Counted from the stretch's first letter, positions 1-9,031 are shown. The stretch: 29,454 nucleotides of DNA from Candidatus Micrarchaeaceae archaeon (GCA_038878295.1 JAVZVY010000008.1:1-29454); one strand, 5' to 3'. Notes: a model not told the origin generated them from the letters alone. Program-made: numbers and translations.

Positions 1-302
1 ATAAAGTTAGGCTGCGGGTTGGTTGCATACAGTGCAAGAACCTCTTCGTCAATTGTTTCTATTGAAGTGGAGTTGATTGTCGCATTAGGGAGAGCAAGTG
101 AATATGGCTGCATGTAGGAAAAGCTGGCCGGCAAGGTTATAGAGGTGGAATTTGAGCCTGCGGCACTTATAAGATTCATGCTTGCTTCTATAGAATAGTT
201 TGCGCCTTTAGCAGAGAACGCCAGTTTCAGGGGCAGCCCGCTCTTTGGTATGTACTCAGTTATGTTAAGCGCCTGCTCCGACGATGCATTTGTTTCATTA
301 GC
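1..302 (-). pseudogene. Open frame without its own start, probably the frameshifted C-terminal continuation of the 361..2442 surface protein; runs off the window edge
   Basis: My translation of the minus strand from 302 gives ANETNASSEQALNITEYIPKSGLPLKLAFSAKGANYSIEASMNLISAAGSNSTSITLPASFSYMQPYSLALPNATINSTSIETIDEEVLALYATNPQPNF. There is no stop to the edge and many N-x-S/T sequons. A TAA (303-305) lies directly upstream, with no start codon. Confidence 0.6.
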
Positions 303-360
303 TTATCGGGCGTATTGTCATGGTAGTTGAATGCGGTTGTGGTTGCTGAAGTTGTTGTAG

Positions 361-2442
361 CTATCGCGCAGTACCAAATGAACCTTCAGGGCTTGATGCT
401 GAATTATCGGAGCCGCCGCCATTGCCCTGATCGTAGTTGCCTCCGCCGTATATGTAAACGTTGCTGAGATTCAATGGTTCGGCATTGTTATTTACTGTGT
501 AAATGAAAACCCCCACAACGTCGATTGTAACTGACGTCGGCGAATTTATAGTAAACTCGACGGTGTAGTTTGTATTGCTTCTCGCTTCGTAGCCGCTAAA
601 TCCGGATGCGGCTATTTGGCTCTGGCTTGAATAAACAGTGCCATTCGGCTCTGGGTATATTATTCTTGTACCTTTAACAATGCCAAATTGCGGATTCGCG
701 CCGGGGTGGTAAGAGGCTACGCATGGGTCATAGTCTATTAATAGTCCAACACTTGGAGAAGTGCTTGTGCCCAATGCAAACCATACCGGATTGTTGAACC
801 ACGCCGCGCCGCCCATGCTTTCCGCATCAATATGGAATTCGTAAGTTTTTCCGGCGCTCATTGGGCCTACGCTGATTGGAGTAATATTGTAATAGTAATA
901 AGTATTCAGATTGTTGTAAGAGCCTCCCGGAGTTAAAATGTAATTCAAAAGGCTGCCTTTTATCGAGCCTATCTGCATTGTCGATTGAAACAGGCTATAC
1001 CAATTCACTCCAAGGCGGAGTGGCGGTTTTGAATACACAGAGCACCCAGATTGAATTGTAGTTGTAGGAGCTATTGTGACTTTGGGCGGAGCTGTTGAAG
1101 TGGTAGATGTGACAGAGATCGTTGTTGTAGTTACTCGCTCTACGGATGCTGTTTCGGATATCGGGCCGTTCATCACTACATTTGCTTGCGAATTTGTGCC
1201 TGTGTAATTCCCATAGCCCGCACCAACCCAGCCTTTGAATTTGTATCCTGGTGCGATTGCGCTGATTGCAACCTGCGAGCCAGAGTAAAACCATCCGCTT
1301 CCTGGAATCAGCTGTATGTTTGCTTCTTGAGGCTCAGCTTGCATCAACAGGAAGTACTGCGTCCTGTAGTTTGCTGTGACAGTGCAATTGCCAGTTGCTA
1401 CGAATGAGCCAGATTGCGCTGTCAAGCCGCAGCCGCTGACACTTGAATACACATACCTTGTGCCGGACGGCCCGGTTACAGCCGAATCGAATGCATAGTT
1501 ATGCACAGAATTTCGCGTGTACGAAAAGGTCACCGGCAACTGAGGGTAAGTAAATTGCGTATTATCGAAGGACGCAACTGTCGCAAGCGCGCCAGGCATC
1601 GGCGTAGTCTGGAATGTAACATATACCGGCTGCGTGAAGTTTATGACCTGCGACGCTGATACGCCGGCAAACGTGGCGTTGACCAAAACCTTGCCAACTG
1701 TAAGGCTTGAGATGTATACAACAGCAGTGCCGTTACTGTCTGTCGTAGCGGGTGTTGTCTTTATCGTTGCGAAGCTCTGGTTTGCCTTGAACGTTACTGT
1801 AGCGCCGGCAACAGGATAGCCGAGCATCTTCACGTTCGCAACGAGCTTGTCCGGCACGCCATTTGCAGCCTGGGTAGCGTTTTCAACAGTAAGCGAGACC
1901 GTAGCCAAAGTCGACGAAAGAAGAGGCGAAACATGCGAATCGAAGTTGCCAAGATAAGTCTGCCTTGGCGTTGTAGAGCATGCTGCTGCATTGCCGCTGG
2001 GGCATGGCACGGCGCTCAGGTAAAGCTCGCCTGACTCAAGCGTGCCGTACGCAATCGCGCGCTGCGGTATAGTTACGTTGCAGATTATGACACCGCCGGC
2101 CGCGACCAGGTTGGGCTTGCACGTTCCCTGCAATTGGCCTATGCTGCTTATGTTTAGCATTATTGAAGGATTTACAATTGGATACGGCTGTGTGTTCGTT
2201 AGGAATAAGCCTACTGACGAATACGCAGAATTAGAACCGAAGACCATGTCCTGGCAGTATGCTCCAGTAATGAAGCTGCATGAGTTTGGCGGAATCGCTG
2301 AAGGCGCTATCACGAAAAAGTAAAACAGCACCATCAGTATTGTGATAAAGAGCATTGCTGCCGCATAAACAATTAGATATTCAGAAGCAGCTTGAGCGCG
2401 CAGATGTTTGACGCGACCATCGACTCCCAAAGGCATCGACAC
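361..2442 (-). CDS. Large surface/adhesin-like protein with class III (type IV prepilin-like) signal peptide, invasin-type Ig-like domain, InlB-B/Flg_new-like repeat(s) and a Thr-rich linker
   Basis: N-terminus KHLRAQ/AASEYL followed by a hydrophobic stretch. Big_1-like segment ANG...GYPVAGATVTF...ATTDSNGTAVV...GKVLVNATFAG. Repeat-like GSGWFYSGSQVAISA..PGYKFKGWVG..YTGTN...VVMNGPISETA. Linker VTTTTISVTSTTST. ATG at 2436, preceded by AGGTG, is the more likely start. Confidence 0.8.
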   Translation of the reverse strand: MSMPLGVDGRVKHLRAQAASEYLIVYAAAMLFITILMVLFYFFVIAPSAIPPNSCSFITGAYCQDMVFGSNSAYSSVGLFLTNTQPYPIVNPSIMLNISSIGQLQGTCKPNLVAAGGVIICNVTIPQRAIAYGTLESGELYLSAVPCPSGNAAACSTTPRQTYLGNFDSHVSPLLSSTLATVSLTVENATQAANGVPDKLVANVKMLGYPVAGATVTFKANQSFATIKTTPATTDSNGTAVVYISSLTVGKVLVNATFAGVSASQVINFTQPVYVTFQTTPMPGALATVASFDNTQFTYPQLPVTFSYTRNSVHNYAFDSAVTGPSGTRYVYSSVSGCGLTAQSGSFVATGNCTVTANYRTQYFLLMQAEPQEANIQLIPGSGWFYSGSQVAISAIAPGYKFKGWVGAGYGNYTGTNSQANVVMNGPISETASVERVTTTTISVTSTTSTAPPKVTIAPTTTIQSGCSVYSKPPLRLGVNWYSLFQSTMQIGSIKGSLLNYILTPGGSYNNLNTYYYYNITPISVGPMSAGKTYEFHIDAESMGGAAWFNNPVWFALGTSTSPSVGLLIDYDPCVASYHPGANPQFGIVKGTRIIYPEPNGTVYSSQSQIAASGFSGYEARSNTNYTVEFTINSPTSVTIDVVGVFIYTVNNNAEPLNLSNVYIYGGGNYDQGNGGGSDNSASSPEGSFGTAR

Positions 2443-2467
2443 ACCTAATTCAATAGTATGCGTCCAG

Positions 2468-2480
2468 ATATAAAAAAGTT
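2468..2480 (-). promoter_or_regulatory. Putative TATA box for the surface protein gene
   Basis: Minus strand reads AACTTTTTTATAT about 30 nt upstream of the start. Confidence 0.45.
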
Positions 2481-2591
2481 GCCATTCGACAAGCGCTTTT
2501 TAGGAAGACGATTTCCAGAAGTGAGATAGCTTTATGTTTCCGAATTTCCTTCCGCTGCGCATGGCCCGCAAACTCAGATTATATTGTCACT

Positions 2592-2861
2592 TTAGACTTT
2601 GAGAATGCGTATGCGCATCTCCTCTTTTGCAATACCGTATATGATTGCATGAAAATCGAGGTTTTCGTACCCTGTTAGCCTGTCGTCGAGCGATGGGTCT
2701 TGGAAGACTATGCCTATGCGGCTGCGCACTTCTTCCTTGCTGTCGGCTATGCTGAATCCGGCAACGCTCGCGCTGCCGCTTGTCTTGTCTATTAGTGTAG
2801 AGAGCATGTGCACTGTTGTGGTTTTCCCAGCGCCATTCGGCCCAAGAAACCCGACTTGCAC
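2592..2861 (-). pseudogene. Truncated ABC transporter ATP-binding subunit (DrrA/CcmA-like) remnant
   Basis: Walker [13 protein letters not shown], then SGSASVAG and Q-loop [21 protein letters not shown]. It stops before the LSGG signature and Walker B and lacks the N-terminal beta strands. Confidence 0.85.
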
Positions 2862-2923
2862 AATAAGTCAGGTTAAAAAGGAAAAACAAGAAAACAGCCT
2901 CTTTTGCGCCGCCTTCTTCTTTG

Positions 2924-4105
2924 TTATTTCTGCTTTATGTTTGGCGTTGAACTCTTTGTTTTTAGTAGAGGCGACAATATGAAGGCTATGAATTCTATCG
3001 CGAATACGATTAAAACTGCAATTGTTGCATCTACCACAAACTCAGGCCCTAATAATACAGGCACAAAGGCGACGCCAAGATTGGTAATAACGCTGTACAT
3101 AGAAGTTGCAAACCCTGATTGCGCTGGATCGGATACATAGTTAGTAGTAGATGTCATTGCCATTGACCAGAATGCGTTGCCGAAGAATCCAAAGAAGAAA
3201 AATGCTGCTACCAAAAGGTCTATGTTCGGGCTAAATCCAAGGGAATATGCCAATGATGTAACTGATATAAGCGAAAGAAGGGACATGGAAACTAATCCTG
3301 CCCTTATCGCATTCATTCTCTCGAATATAGGGGGCATTATTATAGCGCCGAGTGCAGATCCGAGGAACGCCAGCCCTCCGAGAAGGCCGCCGTATGTTAA
3401 GGCTGTGGATAACGCAAAGTGAAAGTGTAGGAGCATAGTGGATGCAATACCGCCGAACATTACAGACATTGATGCTATGGAAAATCCTACCCACCAGTTC
3501 TTTATCATGCCTATCTTGAATATGCCGTGGAGCGATCTGCCTTTATAGTTGGTTGGGAAGCCTTTTATGCCAGGTACAACCCATATTGCTGCTATTATTG
3601 CCAGTATGGCTGTAAACCACAGCAGCCCTACGGTGCTTATTGCAGCGGCTATGCTTGAGGCAAAGAATGCGCCGATAGCCAACCCAAAGAAAAGTATGCC
3701 AACGCTTATCCCGACTATGCTGTGGGCATGCTTCTTATCTATGGAGTCTGCCACAGCGCCTACTGGAGCAAGAGCAAGTGGATATGCTGCTGCGGCAATA
3801 ATCTGGAATATTAGGAAACCAACATAATTCGAAAGGAACAAGCTTCTTCCAATAAGGCCTATTATGGATATCACTGCAGAAACATATATTGCAGTTTTGA
3901 CAGTAAACTTAGCAGATATCCAACCTGCCAGAAGGCCTAGTATGACCATTGTATAGCCATACATACTTATCAAAAGCAGTATGGATGCTGTGCTTACACC
4001 AAGCGATGAGCTAAGCACAGGCACAAGTGGGGCAAGAATAAACCATCCAAATCCTATAGTGAACAAAAGAAACCAATACGGAAGCAATTTTACCCATTGA
4101 TTCAT
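2924..4105 (-). CDS. MFS transporter
   Basis: 393 aa with about 12 hydrophobic helices in two halves. C-terminal motif SDPAQSGFATSMYSVITNLG. GTGGTG ribosome-binding site upstream of ATG. Confidence 0.85.
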   Translation of the reverse strand: MNQWVKLLPYWFLLFTIGFGWFILAPLVPVLSSSLGVSTASILLLISMYGYTMVILGLLAGWISAKFTVKTAIYVSAVISIIGLIGRSLFLSNYVGFLIFQIIAAAAYPLALAPVGAVADSIDKKHAHSIVGISVGILFFGLAIGAFFASSIAAAISTVGLLWFTAILAIIAAIWVVPGIKGFPTNYKGRSLHGIFKIGMIKNWWVGFSIASMSVMFGGIASTMLLHFHFALSTALTYGGLLGGLAFLGSALGAIIMPPIFERMNAIRAGLVSMSLLSLISVTSLAYSLGFSPNIDLLVAAFFFFGFFGNAFWSMAMTSTTNYVSDPAQSGFATSMYSVITNLGVAFVPVLLGPEFVVDATIAVLIVFAIEFIAFILSPLLKTKSSTPNIKQK

Positions 4106-4139
4106 GGTTACACCACTATACTAAGAGCTTTTCATAGAT

Positions 4140-4208
4140 AGGTTTTAAAGTTTCACTTAAAAAATTTTTACATGAGTAAACGTGTTTGCCGTATAAATTT
4201 TATAAGGG
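4140..4208. promoter_or_regulatory. Divergent promoter region for the MFS and FAD oxidoreductase genes
   Basis: Minus strand GAAACTTTAAAA (BRE/TATA-like) near 4143-4154 and plus strand TTTTATAA near 4198-4205. Confidence 0.5.
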
Positions 4209-4238
4209 ACTTTGAGTCTTGATATTGAGATTGAAAGT

Positions 4239-5555
4239 ATGGATGAATATGATTTAGTTGTTGTTGGAGGCGGACCTGCAGGGGTTGGGGCTGCTTTATC
4301 AGGAGCTAAAAATAATCTCAAAACAGCGATAGTCGAAAGATCCTCCATGCTAGGAGGCAACTGGACAAACGGGTATGTCCTTTCGATACTTGGTGTCTAT
4401 ACATACGATGGATCCGAAAAGATAGTCGGGGGAATCGTAGACGAGATTGTTGATGGGCTTAAACAGCTGGGAGGCACTAAAGGCAAGAGTGGCAATTTTA
4501 TACCGTTTAGACCGGATGAAATGAAATTAAACCTATCCCATCTAGTTGATAAATACAGAATAACCACATACTTTAATTCGCTTGTTGTAGGGGCAGATGT
4601 ATCTGGGAATCGCATCGAATCGATAAAGCTGTCAGGCAAAGATGGGATTACTAGCATAAAGGGAAAATTCTTTGTTGATAGCAGCGGCGATGCCGACCTT
4701 GCATATTATGCTACCGCTAATGCGGTAGAGGGCAAAGAGGGCGAGGGATGGCACCAGGAGGCAACGCTTCCATTCAGGATAGGTAATGTAGATGAGGATG
4801 AGGTCATAGAGTTTTCAAAATCACGGCCTGACCTCATATCCGTAACACTGGATCATGGAAGGCTGGTCAGACTTAGGGTTATGCCGCCGCTCGTAGAAAA
4901 AGCAAAGAAAGAGCACAGTCTATATTTACCTGATGCAAACACGGAATTTCTTTTCAATACCAGCAAGAAAGGTGAATTTGTATGCAACGCAACCCATACC
5001 AAAATAACTGACTTTAAATCAGGCAGAGAAATTGCGAATTACATGAATGACCTTAGGCGTCAGGTTGCATCTTCAGTAAAATTTCTCATTGATAATGTGA
5101 AAGGCTTTGAGAACGCATACTTAATAGATTCTGCACCAATGATAGGTATGCGTGAAACTAGGAGGGCAGTGGGGGAATATGTGCTTAAGAAAAAGGATGT
5201 TATAGAGAATGCGCGATTCGAAGATGCGATAGCCAGATGTGGCCACCCATTGGAAATACATGACCCTAATAAAGGAGTCATTTATGTGCACTTAAATGGC
5301 GGAGATTCGTCCTGGTACCATATACCATATAGGTCAATAGTATTGAAAGGAGTCGACAATGCATTTGTAGTAGGCAGGTGCCTGAGCGCTGAATTCGAGG
5401 CGCAGGCTAGTGCTAGAGTTACAGGCACTGCTTTGGCTATGGGGCATGCAGCAGGGGTTGCCGCAGCAATAGCAATGAGGGACAATAGGCCAGTGAAAGA
5501 TATAGACATAAAGGAGCTTCAGGCAAGGCTTAGGGAGCAGGGAGCCATAATATGA
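4239..5555 (+). CDS. FAD-dependent oxidoreductase (FAD_oxidored / PF12831-like)
   Basis: YDLVVVGGGPAGVGAA dinucleotide-binding motif, ERSSMLGG, DSSGDADL, GMRETRR, YHIPYR, GRCLS, RV..TALAMGHAAG. ATG 4239 preferred over the TTG at 4212. Confidence 0.85.
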   Translation: MDEYDLVVVGGGPAGVGAALSGAKNNLKTAIVERSSMLGGNWTNGYVLSILGVYTYDGSEKIVGGIVDEIVDGLKQLGGTKGKSGNFIPFRPDEMKLNLSHLVDKYRITTYFNSLVVGADVSGNRIESIKLSGKDGITSIKGKFFVDSSGDADLAYYATANAVEGKEGEGWHQEATLPFRIGNVDEDEVIEFSKSRPDLISVTLDHGRLVRLRVMPPLVEKAKKEHSLYLPDANTEFLFNTSKKGEFVCNATHTKITDFKSGREIANYMNDLRRQVASSVKFLIDNVKGFENAYLIDSAPMIGMRETRRAVGEYVLKKKDVIENARFEDAIARCGHPLEIHDPNKGVIYVHLNGGDSSWYHIPYRSIVLKGVDNAFVVGRCLSAEFEAQASARVTGTALAMGHAAGVAAAIAMRDNRPVKDIDIKELQARLREQGAII

Positions 5556-5560
5556 TCATG

Positions 5561-6451
5561 TTATTTTTTTCTGTGTAATTCATCCATGAGTGCTTTACTC
5601 ATCGTTTTTATTGGAGCGGCTTTGCCTGTGAATAATTTAAATGCGACTACGCCCTGGTAAAGTAATAACTTATCTCCGGTTATAACATTGCATCCGGCTT
5701 TTTCTGCGTCTTTAATTAGCTTGTTTTTTAATGGCACATAGTTTGCATCAAATACAGTCTCGACCTGTTTGAGCTCTTCTGGTCCTGGGATAGGAGATTT
5801 GCTAGAATTCTCGAGCGTTATATTGGTTGCATTGATCAGTATATCAGTTTCCTTCAAATAATCCTTTACCTTGGCATTGTCAAGCATATCAATGGTTATC
5901 TCTTTACCAAACAGATTGTATATGTCTTCCTTTATGGATCTTGCATGGCTTATTGTCCTGTTGAGTATTGTGAGGTCAACGCTGTATTTGTTTTCCAGCT
6001 CAAATGCACACGCCCGTGCTGCGCCGCCTGCGCCTATCAGGGTTATCCTCTTACCGTTTATTCTAGTTTTAGTCTTTAAAGCTTCTGCAAAACCCGGGGC
6101 ATCAGTATTGTATCCGTAAAGTTTGCCGTTTTTGTTTACCAATGTATTTACTGCGCCTATGCTTTTTGCTTGGTCGCTTATGTAGTCTATATACTTCATC
6201 ACTTCTATCTTGTGTGGGCTTGTGAGTGTTATTCCAGGCATATTAAATGCGCGCACCGATTCTATTGCAGCCTTTAATCTGCTCGGTGGCACATCAAAAG
6301 CCATAAAAACCATATTTAAGCCTAGCCTCTTGAATGCGGCATTGTGTATTATAGGCGACAATGAATGCCTTGCCGGCATCCCTATTATACAGAGAAGTTT
6401 TGTATTATTATCTATGTGCATGCCAGTTTTACATATTCTGCGCGTTTCCAT
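5561..6451 (-). CDS. aroE: Shikimate dehydrogenase (AroE/YdiB family)
   Basis: HSLSP..HN, TSPHK (catalytic Lys), GAVNT, YNTD (catalytic Asp), GAGGAAR, NRT, INAT and LLYQG motifs. The start may be the internal MHIDNNTK. Confidence 0.9.
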   Translation of the reverse strand: METRRICKTGMHIDNNTKLLCIIGMPARHSLSPIIHNAAFKRLGLNMVFMAFDVPPSRLKAAIESVRAFNMPGITLTSPHKIEVMKYIDYISDQAKSIGAVNTLVNKNGKLYGYNTDAPGFAEALKTKTRINGKRITLIGAGGAARACAFELENKYSVDLTILNRTISHARSIKEDIYNLFGKEITIDMLDNAKVKDYLKETDILINATNITLENSSKSPIPGPEELKQVETVFDANYVPLKNKLIKDAEKAGCNVITGDKLLLYQGVVAFKLFTGKAAPIKTMSKALMDELHRKK

Positions 6452-6455
6452 GTCA

Positions 6456-6521
6456 CTACCACCTTTGTGCCTTAAGGAGCTTCATGCTTGACTTCTTCAG
6501 CTTCTTTATCTTCTGCTTCAT
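6456..6521 (-). other. 21-codon basic mini-ORF MKQKIKKLKKSSMKLLKAQRW*, possible remnant of a class III signal-peptide gene
   Basis: Direct translation. A basic leader ending in LKAQ resembles the leader before the cleavage site in 361..2442 (LRAQ), but no hydrophobic segment follows. Confidence 0.3.
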
Positions 6522-6579
6522 ATGCACGGCGTTGAAGCCTTATCAGTCTATTTTGCCTTGCAAATTCTTAATGCTTTTG

Positions 6580-8997
6580 CTAGAAATATTTTCCGGTTTG
6601 CCGACTTGCATACAGTATCTTGAATATCCACTTCTTTGCAAATTCTGTCGCAAAGAAGAAAGCAATGGCTATTGCAAAGATGTAAAGCAAAGCCACTGCA
6701 CTTATGCTCTGCATCAGCACGCCGTAGTATGCCAGCAGAGCCCCTGCCACTATGCCAGAGCCTGCTGCAATGACCAGTGCAGCGCTTGGCTTCTCCTTCC
6801 AGAAAGCCTTCTCCCTTGTCCTTATGTTGAATATTGCGAGCTTGTCTGTTACAACAAGCGCCACGAAGATCGATGTCTGCAATTCCGCGACGTTCTGCAG
6901 CAGCACGTACTTGCCTGCGGCGAATATAGCAAATGCCTCCAATGCAAGCAACGCGCCGAACATGAGCGATGAATTGATTATGGGCCTGACCATCCAGCTT
7001 GTCGGGCTCTTTGAATATGGGGCGTTGTCTGTCGACAACGAGATGTTTGCTATGTCATTCGTGAAGATGAGAAGAAGAAGCTGGATTGGCAATATAGGAA
7101 CGAAGCCGAAGATTAGATAAGCAATAAGTATGAAGCCCACTATCTGCATGACCTTTGCTATCTTTGCCATCGTGTATGTAAGCATGCGCTCGAATATGCG
7201 CCTGCTCTCTTTTATCGCTTCGATAATAACCGCTATGCCAGATTTGAGCAGCACTAGGTCTGCTGCGCTCTTTGCTACGTCTGTTGCGTTTTCAACGGCT
7301 ATGCCAACTTCTGCCTGCTTCAATGCTGGAGCATCATTGACGCCATCGCCTGTCATGCCAACTATCTCGTTCTCGCCCTGCAAAGCTTTGACTATGGCGA
7401 ACTTGTCGGTTGGATAGATGCCCGCGAAGCAGCTGGCCTCTTTTGCTGCTCTCTTGATGTCGAGCTTCTCGAACTCCTCGGCATCGACAACATTGGAGCC
7501 TATGCCGACTTGTTCGGCTATCTGCCTCGCCACAGCCGCGTTGTCACCGGTGAGCAGCTTGGGCTCGACATGCATATCCTTAAGCTCGCTTATCAAGGCT
7601 TTTGAGTCGGGCCTCAGCTCGTCTGCAAGCGCTATTATGCCAACGAAACGCCAGGATTTGCCCTTGTTTATAGCCACAGCTATGCTCCTCAGGCCTCTGC
7701 TCGAGTAGCCGTCAATGATGCTTTCAGCTTTGCTCATTGCCGAGCCGCGGAGGCCGCAGAGCTTCGCTATTACCTGCACAGCGCCCTTGGTAACGGCATA
7801 CCTCTTTTTGCCGTCTGATATGACTGCTTCGGTGCGCTTTGTTTCTGGGTCGAACGGCTTGAAGCTCAGCTGCCTGTATGGCTTTATCTTAAGTGAAGAA
7901 GCATAGTCTAGTACTGCTATGTCTATAGGGTCTTTGTCTTCTGCTCTTGAGGCTAGTGCAGCGTATTCAACAAGCTCCTGGTCCGAAAAGCCAAAAGCGG
8001 AAAGACCTTCGACAACGATCTTGTTTTCTGTCAGGGTGCCTGTCTTGTCAAGGCAGAGTATGCTCATGTTTGATGTTTCTTCAAGGGCCTCTAGCTTTGT
8101 AACTAGGACGTGCTTCTTGGCTAGCTTTTCAGTGCCGTATGCCATTGACACAGTAAATGCTGCAGGCAGCGCAACCGGCACAGAAGCTATTATCACTATA
8201 AGCAGGAACGGAATCAGTACAAGCGCGCCTGTGTGGAGGTAGAAAAATCCATATATGAACATCACAGCAACGGCCACGAGATCTGCTGCGACCAGGTACT
8301 TGACAATAGACATTATCGTCTCCTCAAGATGAAGTTTGGGCCTAGCAGTATTGACGAGCTCAGCTGTCTTGCCGAAGTACGTGTCAGCGCCTGTGCCAAC
8401 CACAAGGCATGTGGCTTCGCCCCTTGTTACTGTGGAGCTTGCGTAGACTATGCTGCCGTCGCCCTTCTGCACAGGCATTGATTCGCCTGTGAGTACAGAT
8501 TCATTGGACTCAAGGCCCTCCTGCTCTATTACCTTCACATCAGCAGGCACCACATCGCCAGCGCGCAGCCTCACTACATCGCCTGGCACAAGATATTTGG
8601 CTTCTATGATGTGCCATTCGTTTGAGCGCAGGACCCTTGCATTCACGCTCAGCCTTTGCTTAAGCAGGTCCATAGACATGTCTGCCTTGTACTCCTCTGC
8701 AAACGAGACTAATGCATTGAACACAAGGAGGGCAAGCACTACATATAGCTCTGCGAAGTGGCGCAGTATGTATGTGAGCACTATCACAATCCATAGGAGT
8801 ATTGGTATTGGCCCGTAGAACTTGCTCAGGAAAAGCAGCGCCGTGTTTTTCTTTTTTTCCTTGATTTCATTGTAGCCGTATTTCCCAAGCCTTTCCTGCG
8901 CCTCCTCCCTTGTCAGCCCATGCCTGCTTGAATCAAGCGCCCTGAACGCCTCGTCGATCTGCATCTCTTTGAAGTCACTGGTCTTCATATCGCTCAA
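6580..8997 (-). CDS. P-type ATPase, subfamily IIIA (plasma-membrane-type proton efflux pump)
   Basis: LTGES, DKTGT, KGA, TGDN and GDGVNDAPALK motifs. M4 ASVPVALP lacks the PEGL Glu and M6 reads IFTND, both typical of P3A H+-ATPases. ATG at 8988 is a possible start. Confidence 0.9.
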   Translation of the reverse strand: MSDMKTSDFKEMQIDEAFRALDSSRHGLTREEAQERLGKYGYNEIKEKKKNTALLFLSKFYGPIPILLWIVIVLTYILRHFAELYVVLALLVFNALVSFAEEYKADMSMDLLKQRLSVNARVLRSNEWHIIEAKYLVPGDVVRLRAGDVVPADVKVIEQEGLESNESVLTGESMPVQKGDGSIVYASSTVTRGEATCLVVGTGADTYFGKTAELVNTARPKLHLEETIMSIVKYLVAADLVAVAVMFIYGFFYLHTGALVLIPFLLIVIIASVPVALPAAFTVSMAYGTEKLAKKHVLVTKLEALEETSNMSILCLDKTGTLTENKIVVEGLSAFGFSDQELVEYAALASRAEDKDPIDIAVLDYASSLKIKPYRQLSFKPFDPETKRTEAVISDGKKRYAVTKGAVQVIAKLCGLRGSAMSKAESIIDGYSSRGLRSIAVAINKGKSWRFVGIIALADELRPDSKALISELKDMHVEPKLLTGDNAAVARQIAEQVGIGSNVVDAEEFEKLDIKRAAKEASCFAGIYPTDKFAIVKALQGENEIVGMTGDGVNDAPALKQAEVGIAVENATDVAKSAADLVLLKSGIAVIIEAIKESRRIFERMLTYTMAKIAKVMQIVGFILIAYLIFGFVPILPIQLLLLIFTNDIANISLSTDNAPYSKSPTSWMVRPIINSSLMFGALLALEAFAIFAAGKYVLLQNVAELQTSIFVALVVTDKLAIFNIRTREKAFWKEKPSAALVIAAGSGIVAGALLAYYGVLMQSISAVALLYIFAIAIAFFFATEFAKKWIFKILYASRQTGKYF

Positions 8998-9031
8998 GAA
9001 AGATTGCGCGCATAATTATTTATGTATTTCA

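Noticed and set aside
2480..2570. Minus-strand frame AQRKEIRKHKAISLLEIVFL, loosely like the ABC-ATPase helical region
   Set aside because: It is too short and weak to call a continuation of the ABC remnant without an alignment.
6412..6465. Alternative frame KVVVTWKRAEYVKLACT loosely resembling the AroD 'DIVKIA' motif upstream of aroE
   Set aside because: Only a few residues match, so chance similarity is likely.
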